A stretch of 64,000 bases of DNA, taken from contig VRVR01000005.1 in assembly GCA_009859145.1 (NCBI GenBank), forward strand, positions 339,448 through 403,447, in the 5' to 3' direction. Source of the stretch: Andalucia godoyi And28. Lineage: Eukaryota > Protista > Jakobida. The position numbers and the translations under genes are program-made. How positions within the stretch are numbered: the first letter of the stretch is position 1; each line of letters starts with the position of its first letter. Shown one piece after another: positions 8,419-18,223 of this stretch. Under the pieces are notes generated by a model, which searched no databases, was not told the origin of the DNA, and saw only the letters and a program-made list of their open reading frames with translations.

Positions 8419-11193
8419 TTACAAACCTGCTCGGGCTGAAAGAAGAGGTATTCCGCGTTGCACTGCGCGTCGCCGCCAGTAGAGGGCAAAGCCGGCGACC
8501 GCAGCAATGGTCGTAATGGCAAATGCAACGCTCAGGCCAACGATTGCGCCGGTTTTCGAGTCACCGCTGTCGCCACCGCCACCATTGGAAGACGGACTCT
8601 TTGGCAAAGTCGCTTGAGCAAGTGCGTATTCTCCGAACTGACTGACGCTCACAGACACTGAACAATTCGATCCGCTGTTGCTTGCTCCTCCGAACGCGCG
8701 AGGAACTAGCACGAACTCGCTTGAATCTGTGTACCGTGCAAACCCGTAGTATACGTACAAAGAGCAGCTGTCACGGGGATCCACGAGACGAGCATCCACA
8801 CCTGCAGATGGGGCAACTTCGAAAGAAATGAAGACGGGTGTTACAAACGACTGCTGCTCCGCGACGGTGCTTGGATTCTGGCCTGCAACTTGAGCAATGC
8901 GAAAGGAAACGGCTCCTGCGATGCTCGACAGTTGCAACCCTTCGAGATCGGCAGGGAGCTGCACACGAATGTCACTGGTGTGAAGCTCCACTACCGCGGC
9001 AGAGAATGTTGTGGAAGACGAGGCGTTTGTCAGAAAGCCAGGTGGAACGTCGATTCTCGGGCCGTTCTTCAGCTGCAGCACATTGCCGTGATCTAGATCA
9101 ATCGAAATGTTTTGCAGCGTGGTCCCGGAAAACAGCGTGGAAATGCGGACAGGGATGGACTGCGACAGCTCGATACGTGTGCCGTCTACCGGGGAAGAGC
9201 TGACAAACGACAAAATCAGATTGGTCGCACGAGGAAGCAATGCACGGCAGCATAGAGGAATGCTGAACGAGAATGCAATGCTGTGCCCAACGGTTGCCAT
9301 GGTGCCATTTCCTTGAAACGCGGCCGATCCTGGTACATCCGTTTCCAACACGAACGAGACAGTTGTGTGTGGGAACGACGCCGCAGCAGTTGGATTTTGA
9401 AACGCCACAGAAATCGCAAGAGATTCGGAAGGAGGAACAGGGCCAGCCAGATAAACATACGTCTGTCCTGCTGCCGGGGACAAGACAGTGACATCCGGGA
9501 ACGTGTATCCCGACGCACATGTGCTCGACAATGTGCCAAACTGCGACACCGTCACTACTCTGGCACTGTAGGCAGTTCCCGCAACCAATCCAGAAAAGAT
9601 AAAATTCATGATCTGCCCAGACTGGGTTTCCTGCGTTGCAATCGCTGGAGAGGACATCTGACATCCAGTGAGGCCCAGGTAAAGATATGCCGTTGTGCTG
9701 ACAATGGGGACACTGAATGGTGCGGGAGTCTGCGACGGAACACCGTATGCTAGCTGGATCTTAATCGAAGTCAAGCTGGTTCCTCCCATTGTCGAAATCG
9801 ATGGCTGAATCGGCGCTGATCCTGCGATTGCAATCGAGCCGGAAGCGAGGATGCGTTGGGATCCCACGAGGGAACCATGCACAAGGTGTGCAAATTCGGG
9901 ATACAGTTGTGCGAATGTGTTGTCAAACAAGGTTCGGGCATTCACGAAAATATTGCCGCGGAACGGCACCAAAGGAATCATCAAGTTAGTGAGCTTGATC
10001 GTGATCGATGTTCCAGGAACAAGGAACCAGCCGTCAGACACTTGAATGGCAGCAACAACCTTACCTGAATCATAAAATCGAGGAACTTGGAGCACCCGGA
10101 AGGACTGGCAAACACCTTTGGACCCATCCATGGCCATAAAATAACATCCAAACTGCCCAGCAGATGCGGCAATCGCAGCCTGCATCTCGTCTGGAAAGTC
10201 AAACAGCAGCTCCGTCGAATAACCAAGGCGACTTCCGATGTAGAAAGTCCCTGTCAGATCCATCATCCCTGGAGTGGTGTCGGAAGGCTGTACCTGGAAG
10301 GCACACGTCGAAGGAAACGATTCTGCTTGCGAACAATACTGCGTAACAGAGGAAAAGATGTGGTGTTGATTGTTGATGTCCCACGAGTTCGGAGCATACC
10401 ATTCTGCGCCCAAGTACGTTCCCGCAAGAGACAGCTGGCTCGCCTGTGCACTCAACATGACGCACGCAAGCGCGGCATTCTGCCATGCCTCGGGAGCCAC
10501 GTTTCGATCCATAAACGACCGAAACACTTTCATAATCGACAATGGAGAATTTTCAATCTCGTTCTCGAGTGCAGCATCGTCCTTGCCAGACGACTCCTCT
10601 TCCTCCGGAGAGACAAGCGTCGGAAGCTTGGAAAAAACGTTCGCAACAGATGCCACGAGATCTGCATACTTTGCTATCTTCAGAAAATACGAGTTTTCTG
10701 TTTCCGGTCCCTGGAATGCTTCGATGACCTGGCCGGCGCCTTCTATGACATGTTCTGCCACTTCTGCAAAATCTGTTTTTAGGAATGCCTCGGTCATGTC
10801 CGGCACGGAAAACAGCCACAGGGAAAACTCGGTCCACATCTTTTCAAATGCAATGCTTACTGCCTGATCAATGGTCCTGGCCGACGCAATCTGGGGTACG
10901 TCCAGAAACTCGGAGGCTTCTCGAAACATCATGCGATTGAGCTCGATTCGGTTGTTCAGGAGCTGCAGCGGCATGTTCTCTCTCAATTCACGCACTTGTT
11001 GCTCGGCGCGGAAGAACGCCACGCCCGATGCTGCAGCAAGACTAGCCGCAACGAGCACAAAGACGCACCAAAGGGCCGCAATCTTGCGCAAACCCTGCGA
11101 GTGCCAAAAGGGACTGTCCGCGTCCCACTCGCTGCTGATCCTCTTCTGGCAGATCACCATTCTTCTGTGCCTTTTTTCGTTCTCAGCAGCCAC
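8419..11193 (-). CDS. 924-aa cell-surface membrane protein: N-terminal TM, novel helical domain, beta-rich/FN3-like region, ZU5-like domain, C-terminal TM
   Basis: Hydrophobic segments ALWCVFVLVAASLAAASGVAFF and AIVGLSVAFAITTIAAVAGFALYW followed by RRR. FN3-like FSGLVAGTAYSARVVTVS; ZU5-like GPRIDVPPGFL...SQFGEYAL. Confidence 0.85.
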   Translation of the reverse strand: MAAENEKRHRRMVICQKRISSEWDADSPFWHSQGLRKIAALWCVFVLVAASLAAASGVAFFRAEQQVRELRENMPLQLLNNRIELNRMMFREASEFLDVPQIASARTIDQAVSIAFEKMWTEFSLWLFSVPDMTEAFLKTDFAEVAEHVIEGAGQVIEAFQGPETENSYFLKIAKYADLVASVANVFSKLPTLVSPEEEESSGKDDAALENEIENSPLSIMKVFRSFMDRNVAPEAWQNAALACVMLSAQASQLSLAGTYLGAEWYAPNSWDINNQHHIFSSVTQYCSQAESFPSTCAFQVQPSDTTPGMMDLTGTFYIGSRLGYSTELLFDFPDEMQAAIAASAGQFGCYFMAMDGSKGVCQSFRVLQVPRFYDSGKVVAAIQVSDGWFLVPGTSITIKLTNLMIPLVPFRGNIFVNARTLFDNTFAQLYPEFAHLVHGSLVGSQRILASGSIAIAGSAPIQPSISTMGGTSLTSIKIQLAYGVPSQTPAPFSVPIVSTTAYLYLGLTGCQMSSPAIATQETQSGQIMNFIFSGLVAGTAYSARVVTVSQFGTLSSTCASGYTFPDVTVLSPAAGQTYVYLAGPVPPSESLAISVAFQNPTAAASFPHTTVSFVLETDVPGSAAFQGNGTMATVGHSIAFSFSIPLCCRALLPRATNLILSFVSSSPVDGTRIELSQSIPVRISTLFSGTTLQNISIDLDHGNVLQLKNGPRIDVPPGFLTNASSSTTFSAAVVELHTSDIRVQLPADLEGLQLSSIAGAVSFRIAQVAGQNPSTVAEQQSFVTPVFISFEVAPSAGVDARLVDPRDSCSLYVYYGFARYTDSSEFVLVPRAFGGASNSGSNCSVSVSVSQFGEYALAQATLPKSPSSNGGGGDSGDSKTGAIVGLSVAFAITTIAAVAGFALYWRRRAVQRGIPLLSARAGL

Positions 11194-11676
11194 TTTGCAA
11201 AACCGTATCTCGCGGTTTGTGAAATGTTGAAAAAAAGACCGTGCCCGCAGACCACTTCTCTCCAGCAGACACGCTGCAGGACGAGGGACGAATCCTTCGA
11301 ACGTCGTGCCAAAAAAAAAACAACAACAAGGGCGGGCAAAGTCGACTGTGGCAGAGCCCGTGCAGGCAAAACGGGAACAGACTCGGCAGCAAAAACTTTT
11401 AAAAAATTCGTCGGACCCGCCAGAAATGGATAAATGCGATGTGGGGGCGGCACAAAGTTTTGCAGGCAGTCAACAACCAGAAGGTGCCTGTCCAGTTTCA
11501 ACGCCATGCTGCGGATCACAGATTATGTTCCCAGGCCCCAGTGCTGATTCCGAATCGCGTGCACTTTACGTTAGAGTCTGCGGCGAGCGTGCCCCATTCT
11601 TGTGTTTCTGTTTGGGAGTGTGTGAGTGTGTGTGTGTGTGTGTTTATTACGTAGTGGCTGGAAAACTTACTTCAGG

Positions 11677-12489
11677 ATGAACACGTCTAGCGGGGATGAT
11701 GGTGATGATACGGTCGAACTGATAGCGTCGACGGGATGCGCTTCCAAGCCCGGTGCGGTTCTTCTAACCAAGTCGGCTACCAGTTCTCGGGTGATATCGC
11801 CTTTACTGTTCTTTTCGATTCTGAGTGTCGTGTTGCTGATGATGCTCGTGGTGTGTGCGACGTTTACGGCACTCTTGTACTTCCGCGTGCGCCATTTGGA
11901 GATTGAAATGACTGGTACGGTGCAAAGGGTGCAGAGCGAAATGACTACTGTGTTGCGGACCGCTGGAGCCGAGTTGCAGGATGCTGTCATTCGACAGCTG
12001 CAGTTCTCATTGTACAACGTGTCGGTTCCGGATACACTGGCCAAGCTGCTGACCTCCAACTTTACCGAAATGGCTCTGTCAGTGGAGAATGCGGCGGGCT
12101 ATACGCAGGATATATACTATGGGGCCTCGGACTCGTACATGCACGAGGCCGGCATCAAGGCGTCGCTTGTGAAATCCATTGCGGCCGTGTTTCAGCAACT
12201 AACCCCGGTGCAACTGCTTCCTGCCATGCGGTCCATATTCGACCCCAGTGTCCTTGACAACAATGCGATTTCGATCCTTGCCAACTTGCAGCGATTTATC
12301 ATCGCCAACACGGACCTCAACAAGTGGATTTCAGTGTCCAATCTCTGCGCGCAGTTTGCAAATAACATGATGCAGCTAGATTGGTCGGGCTCGTACGACG
12401 ACGGAGGCAGCTGGGATCTCAATGATCAGAAGTATGTCCTGCAGTCTGTCTCAGATTGGTGCACTCGCTTCAGCGGAAACGCGTTGTAA
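11677..12489 (+). CDS. 270-aa single-pass (type II-like) membrane protein, paralog of the N-terminal domain of 8419-11193
   Basis: TM LLFFSILSVVLLMMLVVCATFTALLYF, then a helical region and four gapless blocks that align to the neighbour. ATG at 11677; the track start lies inside a GT repeat. Confidence 0.85.
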   Translation: MNTSSGDDGDDTVELIASTGCASKPGAVLLTKSATSSRVISPLLFFSILSVVLLMMLVVCATFTALLYFRVRHLEIEMTGTVQRVQSEMTTVLRTAGAELQDAVIRQLQFSLYNVSVPDTLAKLLTSNFTEMALSVENAAGYTQDIYYGASDSYMHEAGIKASLVKSIAAVFQQLTPVQLLPAMRSIFDPSVLDNNAISILANLQRFIIANTDLNKWISVSNLCAQFANNMMQLDWSGSYDDGGSWDLNDQKYVLQSVSDWCTRFSGNAL

Positions 12490-12804
12490 TTCCACCGGTT
12501 TTTTTTCCCCTTCTTTTTTATTTATTTAAATTTTGTTTTGTTTTATTTTGTTTTTCTTGTATGTCCGAGAGCCGTAAAGGATCCATTCGCTGCTGTGCTT
12601 CCTTCTGACAAACTACCGCTCTTGTTTTGCTTTCGTGTTTTGTTCTTTTTTCGGCAGTCCTTGTGCACAGCCATGAATGCGACGGAACTGTTTAGTTCAC
12701 CCAGACTGCAATCGCTTGGACAGCCTCGCTTGTTGCGCACATCAGAAAAAAGAAGGATGTGAACGTGGAATCCGCAGATTTACAAAGACAAGCCGGGCGC
12801 GCGG

Positions 12805-14235
12805 CTAGAACATGACATTAGAATTCTTCTGAATTGCAGCGAGGAGGGCCTGTGGATTGGCACCACGGAGAGTATCCACAAGATTTCCACCTTTGAAAAA
12901 CAAAAATGTGGGAATGGACGACACCTTGAACTTGGCAGCAGTGCCTTGGCAATGGTCGACATTGACCTTCAGAAACTGCACCTTGCCGCCCATCTCGGTG
13001 GACAGCTTTTCGAAGTAAGGGGCAATTTGCTTGCATGGACCGCACCAGTCTGCATACATATCCACGACAACGAGCTTGGTTCCGCCGGCAGCCACTTCCT
13101 GGTCGAACTGCGCGTCATCTGCGACATGGATCAAGGAGGCCTTGGGCAGCAAATCCGAAAAGTCCTGGGAATTTGCCTTTCGCTTTTCAATCTCCACGGC
13201 CTTGATGTTGTCCTCAAGCTCCGGACCACCGGCCCGGTTGAAATCTGCGATTGCCTTTTCAAACTCCTGTCTGGCGGTGTAGATATACGCTCTGCGAGAA
13301 TATGCCTTCGCATAGTGCGGAAAATGCTGAATAGCGGAATTGCAGTCGTTCATTGCATCTTCCAACTGACCGAGCTTGGTATACACGGCAGCACGATTGG
13401 ACAAGAAGACTGGGTGCGTCGGGTCAAGGAGCAAGGCTTCATTGTACGCAGCAAGTGCCTCCGCCCAGTTCTCTGCTTTGAATGCTGCATTTCCACGGTC
13501 CTTGATTGGCCCAAGCTTGTGACTGAGCTTGAGCTTGTGGGCGACGTCTGTCTGATCCGGATCTCGCCTGATGGATTCCGAAAAGAACGGAATTGCCTGT
13601 GCAAACTGTCCCTTCTGGTACTGAATCAACCCGTGAAACTTGTTTGTCAGAATCGAAATATCGGGGGATCTGCTCAGAGCCGCCAGTTCCTGCACTGCAA
13701 TTGTTGCAGCGTCCAATTTAAAGTGATTCATCAGATGTTGGATGTACAAAACATGTGCATCCGACGATCTTGGCGACAGCTCCATCAGTCGAGAAAAGTT
13801 TGCCGAGTCTTCGCTTTCCCGCAGATACTCATTGTAAAGCAATTCCGTCAGCTTTTCTGCTTCCTCAAGCTCTGATTTCGACTCTTCAAGGTGTGCATAC
13901 GCAGCATCAGAAGACGAAACATGCGGTAGCGAATTGAGAATCCGCCGAGCCATTCCAAACTCTCCGATTCTCACATATATTTTCCCAAGACGAGCGACGA
14001 TCTTTGCGTTTTTGGGATCAATATCGTACGCTTTCTTCGCGTCCTCCAAAGAATCATCATACTGTTTCATCATCAAATGCGCTGCAGACCGATTCAAATA
14101 CAGCAATGCATAATCCGGCTGCAATGCAATCGCCTTCGTATAGAGCGGAATCGCCGATGCGTAATTATGACGCACATACTCATTATTTCCAAGTTCTCGA
14201 AACCGATCCGCTTCTTCTGAAATCGGGCGCGACAT
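12805..14235 (-). CDS. DNAJC7/TTL-type TPR protein with a C-terminal canonical thioredoxin domain
   Basis: TPR motifs (GNNEY...YTKAIALQP...LYLNRSAA; KDRGNAAFKAENWAEALAAYNEAL) and LVVVDMYADWCGPCKQIAP...SIPTFLFFKGG. The likely ATG is at 14235; the track extension is an AT-rich shadow. Confidence 0.9.
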   Translation of the reverse strand: MSRPISEEADRFRELGNNEYVRHNYASAIPLYTKAIALQPDYALLYLNRSAAHLMMKQYDDSLEDAKKAYDIDPKNAKIVARLGKIYVRIGEFGMARRILNSLPHVSSSDAAYAHLEESKSELEEAEKLTELLYNEYLRESEDSANFSRLMELSPRSSDAHVLYIQHLMNHFKLDAATIAVQELAALSRSPDISILTNKFHGLIQYQKGQFAQAIPFFSESIRRDPDQTDVAHKLKLSHKLGPIKDRGNAAFKAENWAEALAAYNEALLLDPTHPVFLSNRAAVYTKLGQLEDAMNDCNSAIQHFPHYAKAYSRRAYIYTARQEFEKAIADFNRAGGPELEDNIKAVEIEKRKANSQDFSDLLPKASLIHVADDAQFDQEVAAGGTKLVVVDMYADWCGPCKQIAPYFEKLSTEMGGKVQFLKVNVDHCQGTAAKFKVSSIPTFLFFKGGNLVDTLRGANPQALLAAIQKNSNVMF

Positions 14236-15110
14236 TTGCTCTTTTTTTTCCCCCACCGCGCTTCTTCTCTTCTCAATCACGCTATTTTTTCTCTCGAGAA
14301 AGTCTTGTGTGTACAAGAACCCTAGAATGAATACGAAAAGAGAAAACGAGAGCAAGGCAGAAATTACAAACAGAAGCCAAAAGAATAAAAATAAAATGAA
14401 AAATGAAAAATAGTAACCCAAATTCAACCCCCAATATGTGTTTACAATTTAAATTTAAATCCAAAAAATGGACCGCCGCTGCCACGTATTTCGATATGAT
14501 GAAAGCAATCTTAAGCGCACGTTTAAACAAAAACCACTGCCACGCGCCATGCGCATGCGCATGCGTTTGTTATCTTAGCAGCTCCGTCACACGAAGCCCG
14601 ATTCGTTTCGCCCCATTTTTGATCATGAAATCTCTATAAACACGCCGTCGCATTGCATTCTCGCACAGCGTCGCTCATTTCTTATTTTTGTTTTTATTTT
14701 CATTGTCCATGCAACGCACCATGTACGTCACGTCCGCAACGGTGCGCAAGACCCATGACATCTCCACCACCGCCGGAACGATCCGCAGCATCCACGCCGG
14801 CTCCCATCGCTGTCTTTGACGAGATGCTGCTTGAGGGTTCGATAGGAAACAGCAAACAAACAGAGAGAATTACAGAAAAAGGAAGGGAAGAATGAAGAAA
14901 CTCTAGACTGATAAAGAAACTTCCGATATGATATTGTTTTGTTTGAGATGCTCAACGTTGATACACAAAACGGTACATAAGCAATGGGACCGGTTGCGAC
15001 CATTTTTGGCGGCGAAGAAGAAGAAGCAAAAAGGTCCGGACAAGAGCAGTCACAACCTTTCGTCATTCTTTGCCGTTCGGCCTTTCGGCCTTCTGGTCTT
15101 TTTACCTTTT

Positions 15111-15193
15111 CACCTTTTCACCTTTTCACCTTTTTCACCTTTTTGCATTTAGCTTCGTTTTCATTTAGCTTCGTTTTCATTTAGCTTCGTTTT
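15111..15193. repeat. Adjacent tandem repeats: (CACCTTTT[T])x4 and (CATTTAGCTTCGTTTT)x3
   Basis: The three 16-mers at 15146-15161, 15162-15177 and 15178-15193 are perfect copies. Confidence 0.9.
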
Positions 15194-15287
15194 GTTGTTC
15201 TTGCGGGTCTTATTGTGGTTGTAGTGTTATTTTCCCCGACTGCATATGCAAAAGTTGAGGGGGAGCAGAACGGAGTGATACTATTGC

Positions 15288-16286
15288 ATGGCAGAGGACA
15301 CGACGCTTGAGCAGGTGCGGAATCTTCTTTTTATTCTATATTTGCTGATTGGATCGATTGCGTTTGTCTTTGGGTTTTTGTCGATTGTATTGAGAGAAAA
15401 GCGGTCTGCAACATTGTTTGGGTTTTTTGCGATTGCAGTGGTCCAGTGCTCCGTCCGGGCTTTTCTTTTCCATGTCCCGTCTCAGTTTTATTTGGATGTC
15501 ATGACTGACCACGGGATCCCGACGATGATGGTGCTTGATCTCATCCCCGAAGTTCTCTTTCTGACGTGCTACATCATGTTTCTAAGCACGTGGATTGAAG
15601 TTCATTTTTGTGTGCGGACAATGAGGAAGTATTCACATTTGCGGGCGATTGCATTCTTCGCGTTCCTCTTCACACTGCTACTGCTTGCAACGGTCTCGTT
15701 CACGCTCATCATGACGTCAAAAATCCCGTCTGGCAAGCTGCACTCGTGGACATACTATGGTGATTATATTGTGGATCCTGAGGGAAACTTTATTACCGCG
15801 GCCTCAGGTGTCATTTTACTCTTGTTTGTTGTTTCAGGGTTGTCGTTGATTCAAAGAGTCGGCCAGGCGCAAATTCATGAGCGAGCACTTCGCATTCTTC
15901 GAACACGCATTGTTGTTCTTTCCGTGTTTTGCACGATTTCCTTCGTCATTCGCGGAGTGTACGTGCATACGCTGGATTCTGATTTTACAGAGTGGAGGAA
16001 AAACGGAAAGATTTCAGAAAAGCAATATGATTGGTTGTTCTTTTCGTACTTTGCATTGACGGAAATTCTCTTCCAGCTCATTATGCTTGGCGTGTTGGGT
16101 GGTGGACTGCCATTGTTTTGTTTCTCCAAATACTGTTCTCCGCGGAGCAAGGAACGCAGAACGAACAGGGTGCTTCGTGATTTAGACGTCATTCCGAATC
16201 CTCAAAATTCGTCGATGCAGGTGTCGCTGCTGGATTCTCCAAGCCGAATTGGCTCCGATACCAGTTCGATGTTTTCTCGGAATTGA
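15288..16286 (+). CDS. THH1/TOM1/TOM3-like (GPR137-related) 7-TM membrane protein
   Basis: About seven hydrophobic helices; LDLIPEVLFLTCYIMFLSTWIEVH resembles the TOM1-family motif DLP.LLFFSTY.LL.LFWAEIY. Confidence 0.7.
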   Translation: MAEDTTLEQVRNLLFILYLLIGSIAFVFGFLSIVLREKRSATLFGFFAIAVVQCSVRAFLFHVPSQFYLDVMTDHGIPTMMVLDLIPEVLFLTCYIMFLSTWIEVHFCVRTMRKYSHLRAIAFFAFLFTLLLLATVSFTLIMTSKIPSGKLHSWTYYGDYIVDPEGNFITAASGVILLLFVVSGLSLIQRVGQAQIHERALRILRTRIVVLSVFCTISFVIRGVYVHTLDSDFTEWRKNGKISEKQYDWLFFSYFALTEILFQLIMLGVLGGGLPLFCFSKYCSPRSKERRTNRVLRDLDVIPNPQNSSMQVSLLDSPSRIGSDTSSMFSRN

Positions 16287-16599
16287 AATGACGTGAATTG
16301 GAATCGGAGGGCGGGAAGGGGACGGAAGGGATGACGCTGATTTCCGAACAGAGACGGTTGTTCAGATATTTTGAATAGCAAATGTTTCTGCATCCACGTT
16401 TCCACCGCAGCGCCTCGATCTTCGCCCGGTATGAAAGTCGCTAACTTCCGCAAGAGACCTACTAAGAAACAAAACTATTTACTCGTTTTCTCGTTTTCAC
16501 ATGTTTTGGAGGGGGTTCTGGAAAATGTGTTCGTGTTATTTCTTCTGCTGACTCGTTCACGCTGCTGCTCTCTCTCTCGCTCTCTCGCTCTCTCATATA

Positions 16600-17613
16600 T
16601 CACGCAGACGGAGCGTCGTCCCCTTCAGACGTCTCCGGTGGCCGAAACACCGGATCGACTAGTCTTCGGGAGAATCTCGTCAGTCTGTTCGGTCCTCGGA
16701 CTTCGATTGGGAACAGCGGAAGCTTCACAATGTGGAAGTCCTGGTAGAGATCCAGGAGCTGGTCGAGGTACTTCTGCTGGATTCTGCTCCGTGCAGAGCA
16801 CATTGTGCATCCTTCTTGTGGAAATAAGAGTTGGTTGACGACAAGGTTGTGCGAATCAATGCCAAATCTTCTCAGTTCCTGGATAAGCCGCTCCGTTTCA
16901 TACATGGACAGCACTTCTGCGATGCACACACATACAAACGTTGTCTGATTCTTATCCGTGAACATAGCCTGCAGCTGCGAAAACATTTTTTGACGGTCTT
17001 CAAGCCGATCGCGATTCGAGGACTCTCCCAAATTCATTCCGAACATTGATGACACCGAATTCAGTAGTGGTGCCATGCTCCCCGTAAACATTGAAAATAT
17101 ACCGCCTTCCATGAGCTTTGGGAACTGCAGAAGCCGCAGTGTGTGCCCAGTGGGCGCCGTGTCAAACACGGTCACCTCGAAATTCATCGTTTCCACCATT
17201 TTCATCATTTCGACAAAGCTCATGACTTCATCAATACCAGGGAAACTCGAGAGCATATCAGAAAACATGCTTCCACCAAGCACATCTGTGCCTGTGGTCG
17301 CCAGTGGCTTCGGGTCGATTTCAAGCGCAAAGAGGTTGTCGAATCCGTGGACAAGAGTTGGAATATCGCTGAATTGCTGTGCGAAAGCATCCGACAAGTT
17401 GTGTGCAGGATCTGTGGAAATCAAAAGTACAGACTCGCGATGAAACGAAAGGAGGCTTGCAAGTGCACAAGAAACGGTTGTCTTTCCAACCCCGCCCTTT
17501 CCGCCCACAAAAATCATCTTCAGCGATGTCTGATCAATCACATTCTGGAGTGTCGGCTCAAGCTGCTCAACATCAAAAAACACATCATCCTCAAACGTAT
17601 CCGTCGCAGACAT
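16600..17613 (-). CDS. GET3: GET3/ASNA1 tail-anchored protein targeting ATPase
   Basis: FVGGKGGVGKTT, STDPAHNLSDAF, FDTAPTGHTLRLL, CVCIAE, CTMC. Likely ATG at 17613. Confidence 0.95.
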   Translation of the reverse strand: MSATDTFEDDVFFDVEQLEPTLQNVIDQTSLKMIFVGGKGGVGKTTVSCALASLLSFHRESVLLISTDPAHNLSDAFAQQFSDIPTLVHGFDNLFALEIDPKPLATTGTDVLGGSMFSDMLSSFPGIDEVMSFVEMMKMVETMNFEVTVFDTAPTGHTLRLLQFPKLMEGGIFSMFTGSMAPLLNSVSSMFGMNLGESSNRDRLEDRQKMFSQLQAMFTDKNQTTFVCVCIAEVLSMYETERLIQELRRFGIDSHNLVVNQLLFPQEGCTMCSARSRIQQKYLDQLLDLYQDFHIVKLPLFPIEVRGPNRLTRFSRRLVDPVFRPPETSEGDDAPSA

Positions 17614-18107
17614 GATCTCCGAATACCCCTCTACCGCTACCGAAAAAGAAAGAAACACCAAGAATGTCCAAGAAAAATTATGGTAATAACAATAAATATA
17701 AATATGTTATTTTTTATAAAAAAACCTACTGCACAAAAGCAGAAGGAGGCCAAGGCGGATGAACGCATTCGCCCAGATGGATTATTGATGGTTCACTATC
17801 GCTGTCGGCGCAGCCGTAGTGAGCAATTTTCGAAGAAGGGATTCGAACCTGTCTTTTCCTTGATGACGCCATTTCTCAGGCATTCTTTTATTATTATTTT
17901 ATTTCAATTGTTAATTTTTAATTTTTTGGTGCGTGCTATTATTATCGTTTTACTGCTCTTGTCGCATTTTTGGTGGTACTTACATGGTATTACCGTCTTA
18001 TCCCCAATCATCGAATCGTTATCGGTCACTCTCTGGAGGCTCTTCCAATAGCGCTCATCACCATTCTGATTTTCATCGCAGACAAGCCATCATGCATGTA
18101 TCCTCCT

Positions 18108-18142
<35 letters not shown>

Positions 18143-18223
18143 CAGTGTCTAGTTTCCGTTGAGAAACCAATTCTAACTGTTGTTGCTGTTGTCGTTTCCC
18201 GTTCTTTTTTGAATTGAAAAAAC

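Noticed and set aside
12946-13875. 309-aa plus-strand ORF
   Set aside because: Antisense shadow of the TPR-thioredoxin gene with no recognisable motifs.
14728-15066. 112-aa minus-strand ORF or possible small spliced gene
   Set aside because: It contains an intron-like pyrimidine tract, but no splice solution gave a convincing protein.
15111-15193. Short direct repeats as a CRISPR-like array
   Set aside because: The units are adjacent with no spacers, there are no cas genes, and the context is eukaryotic.
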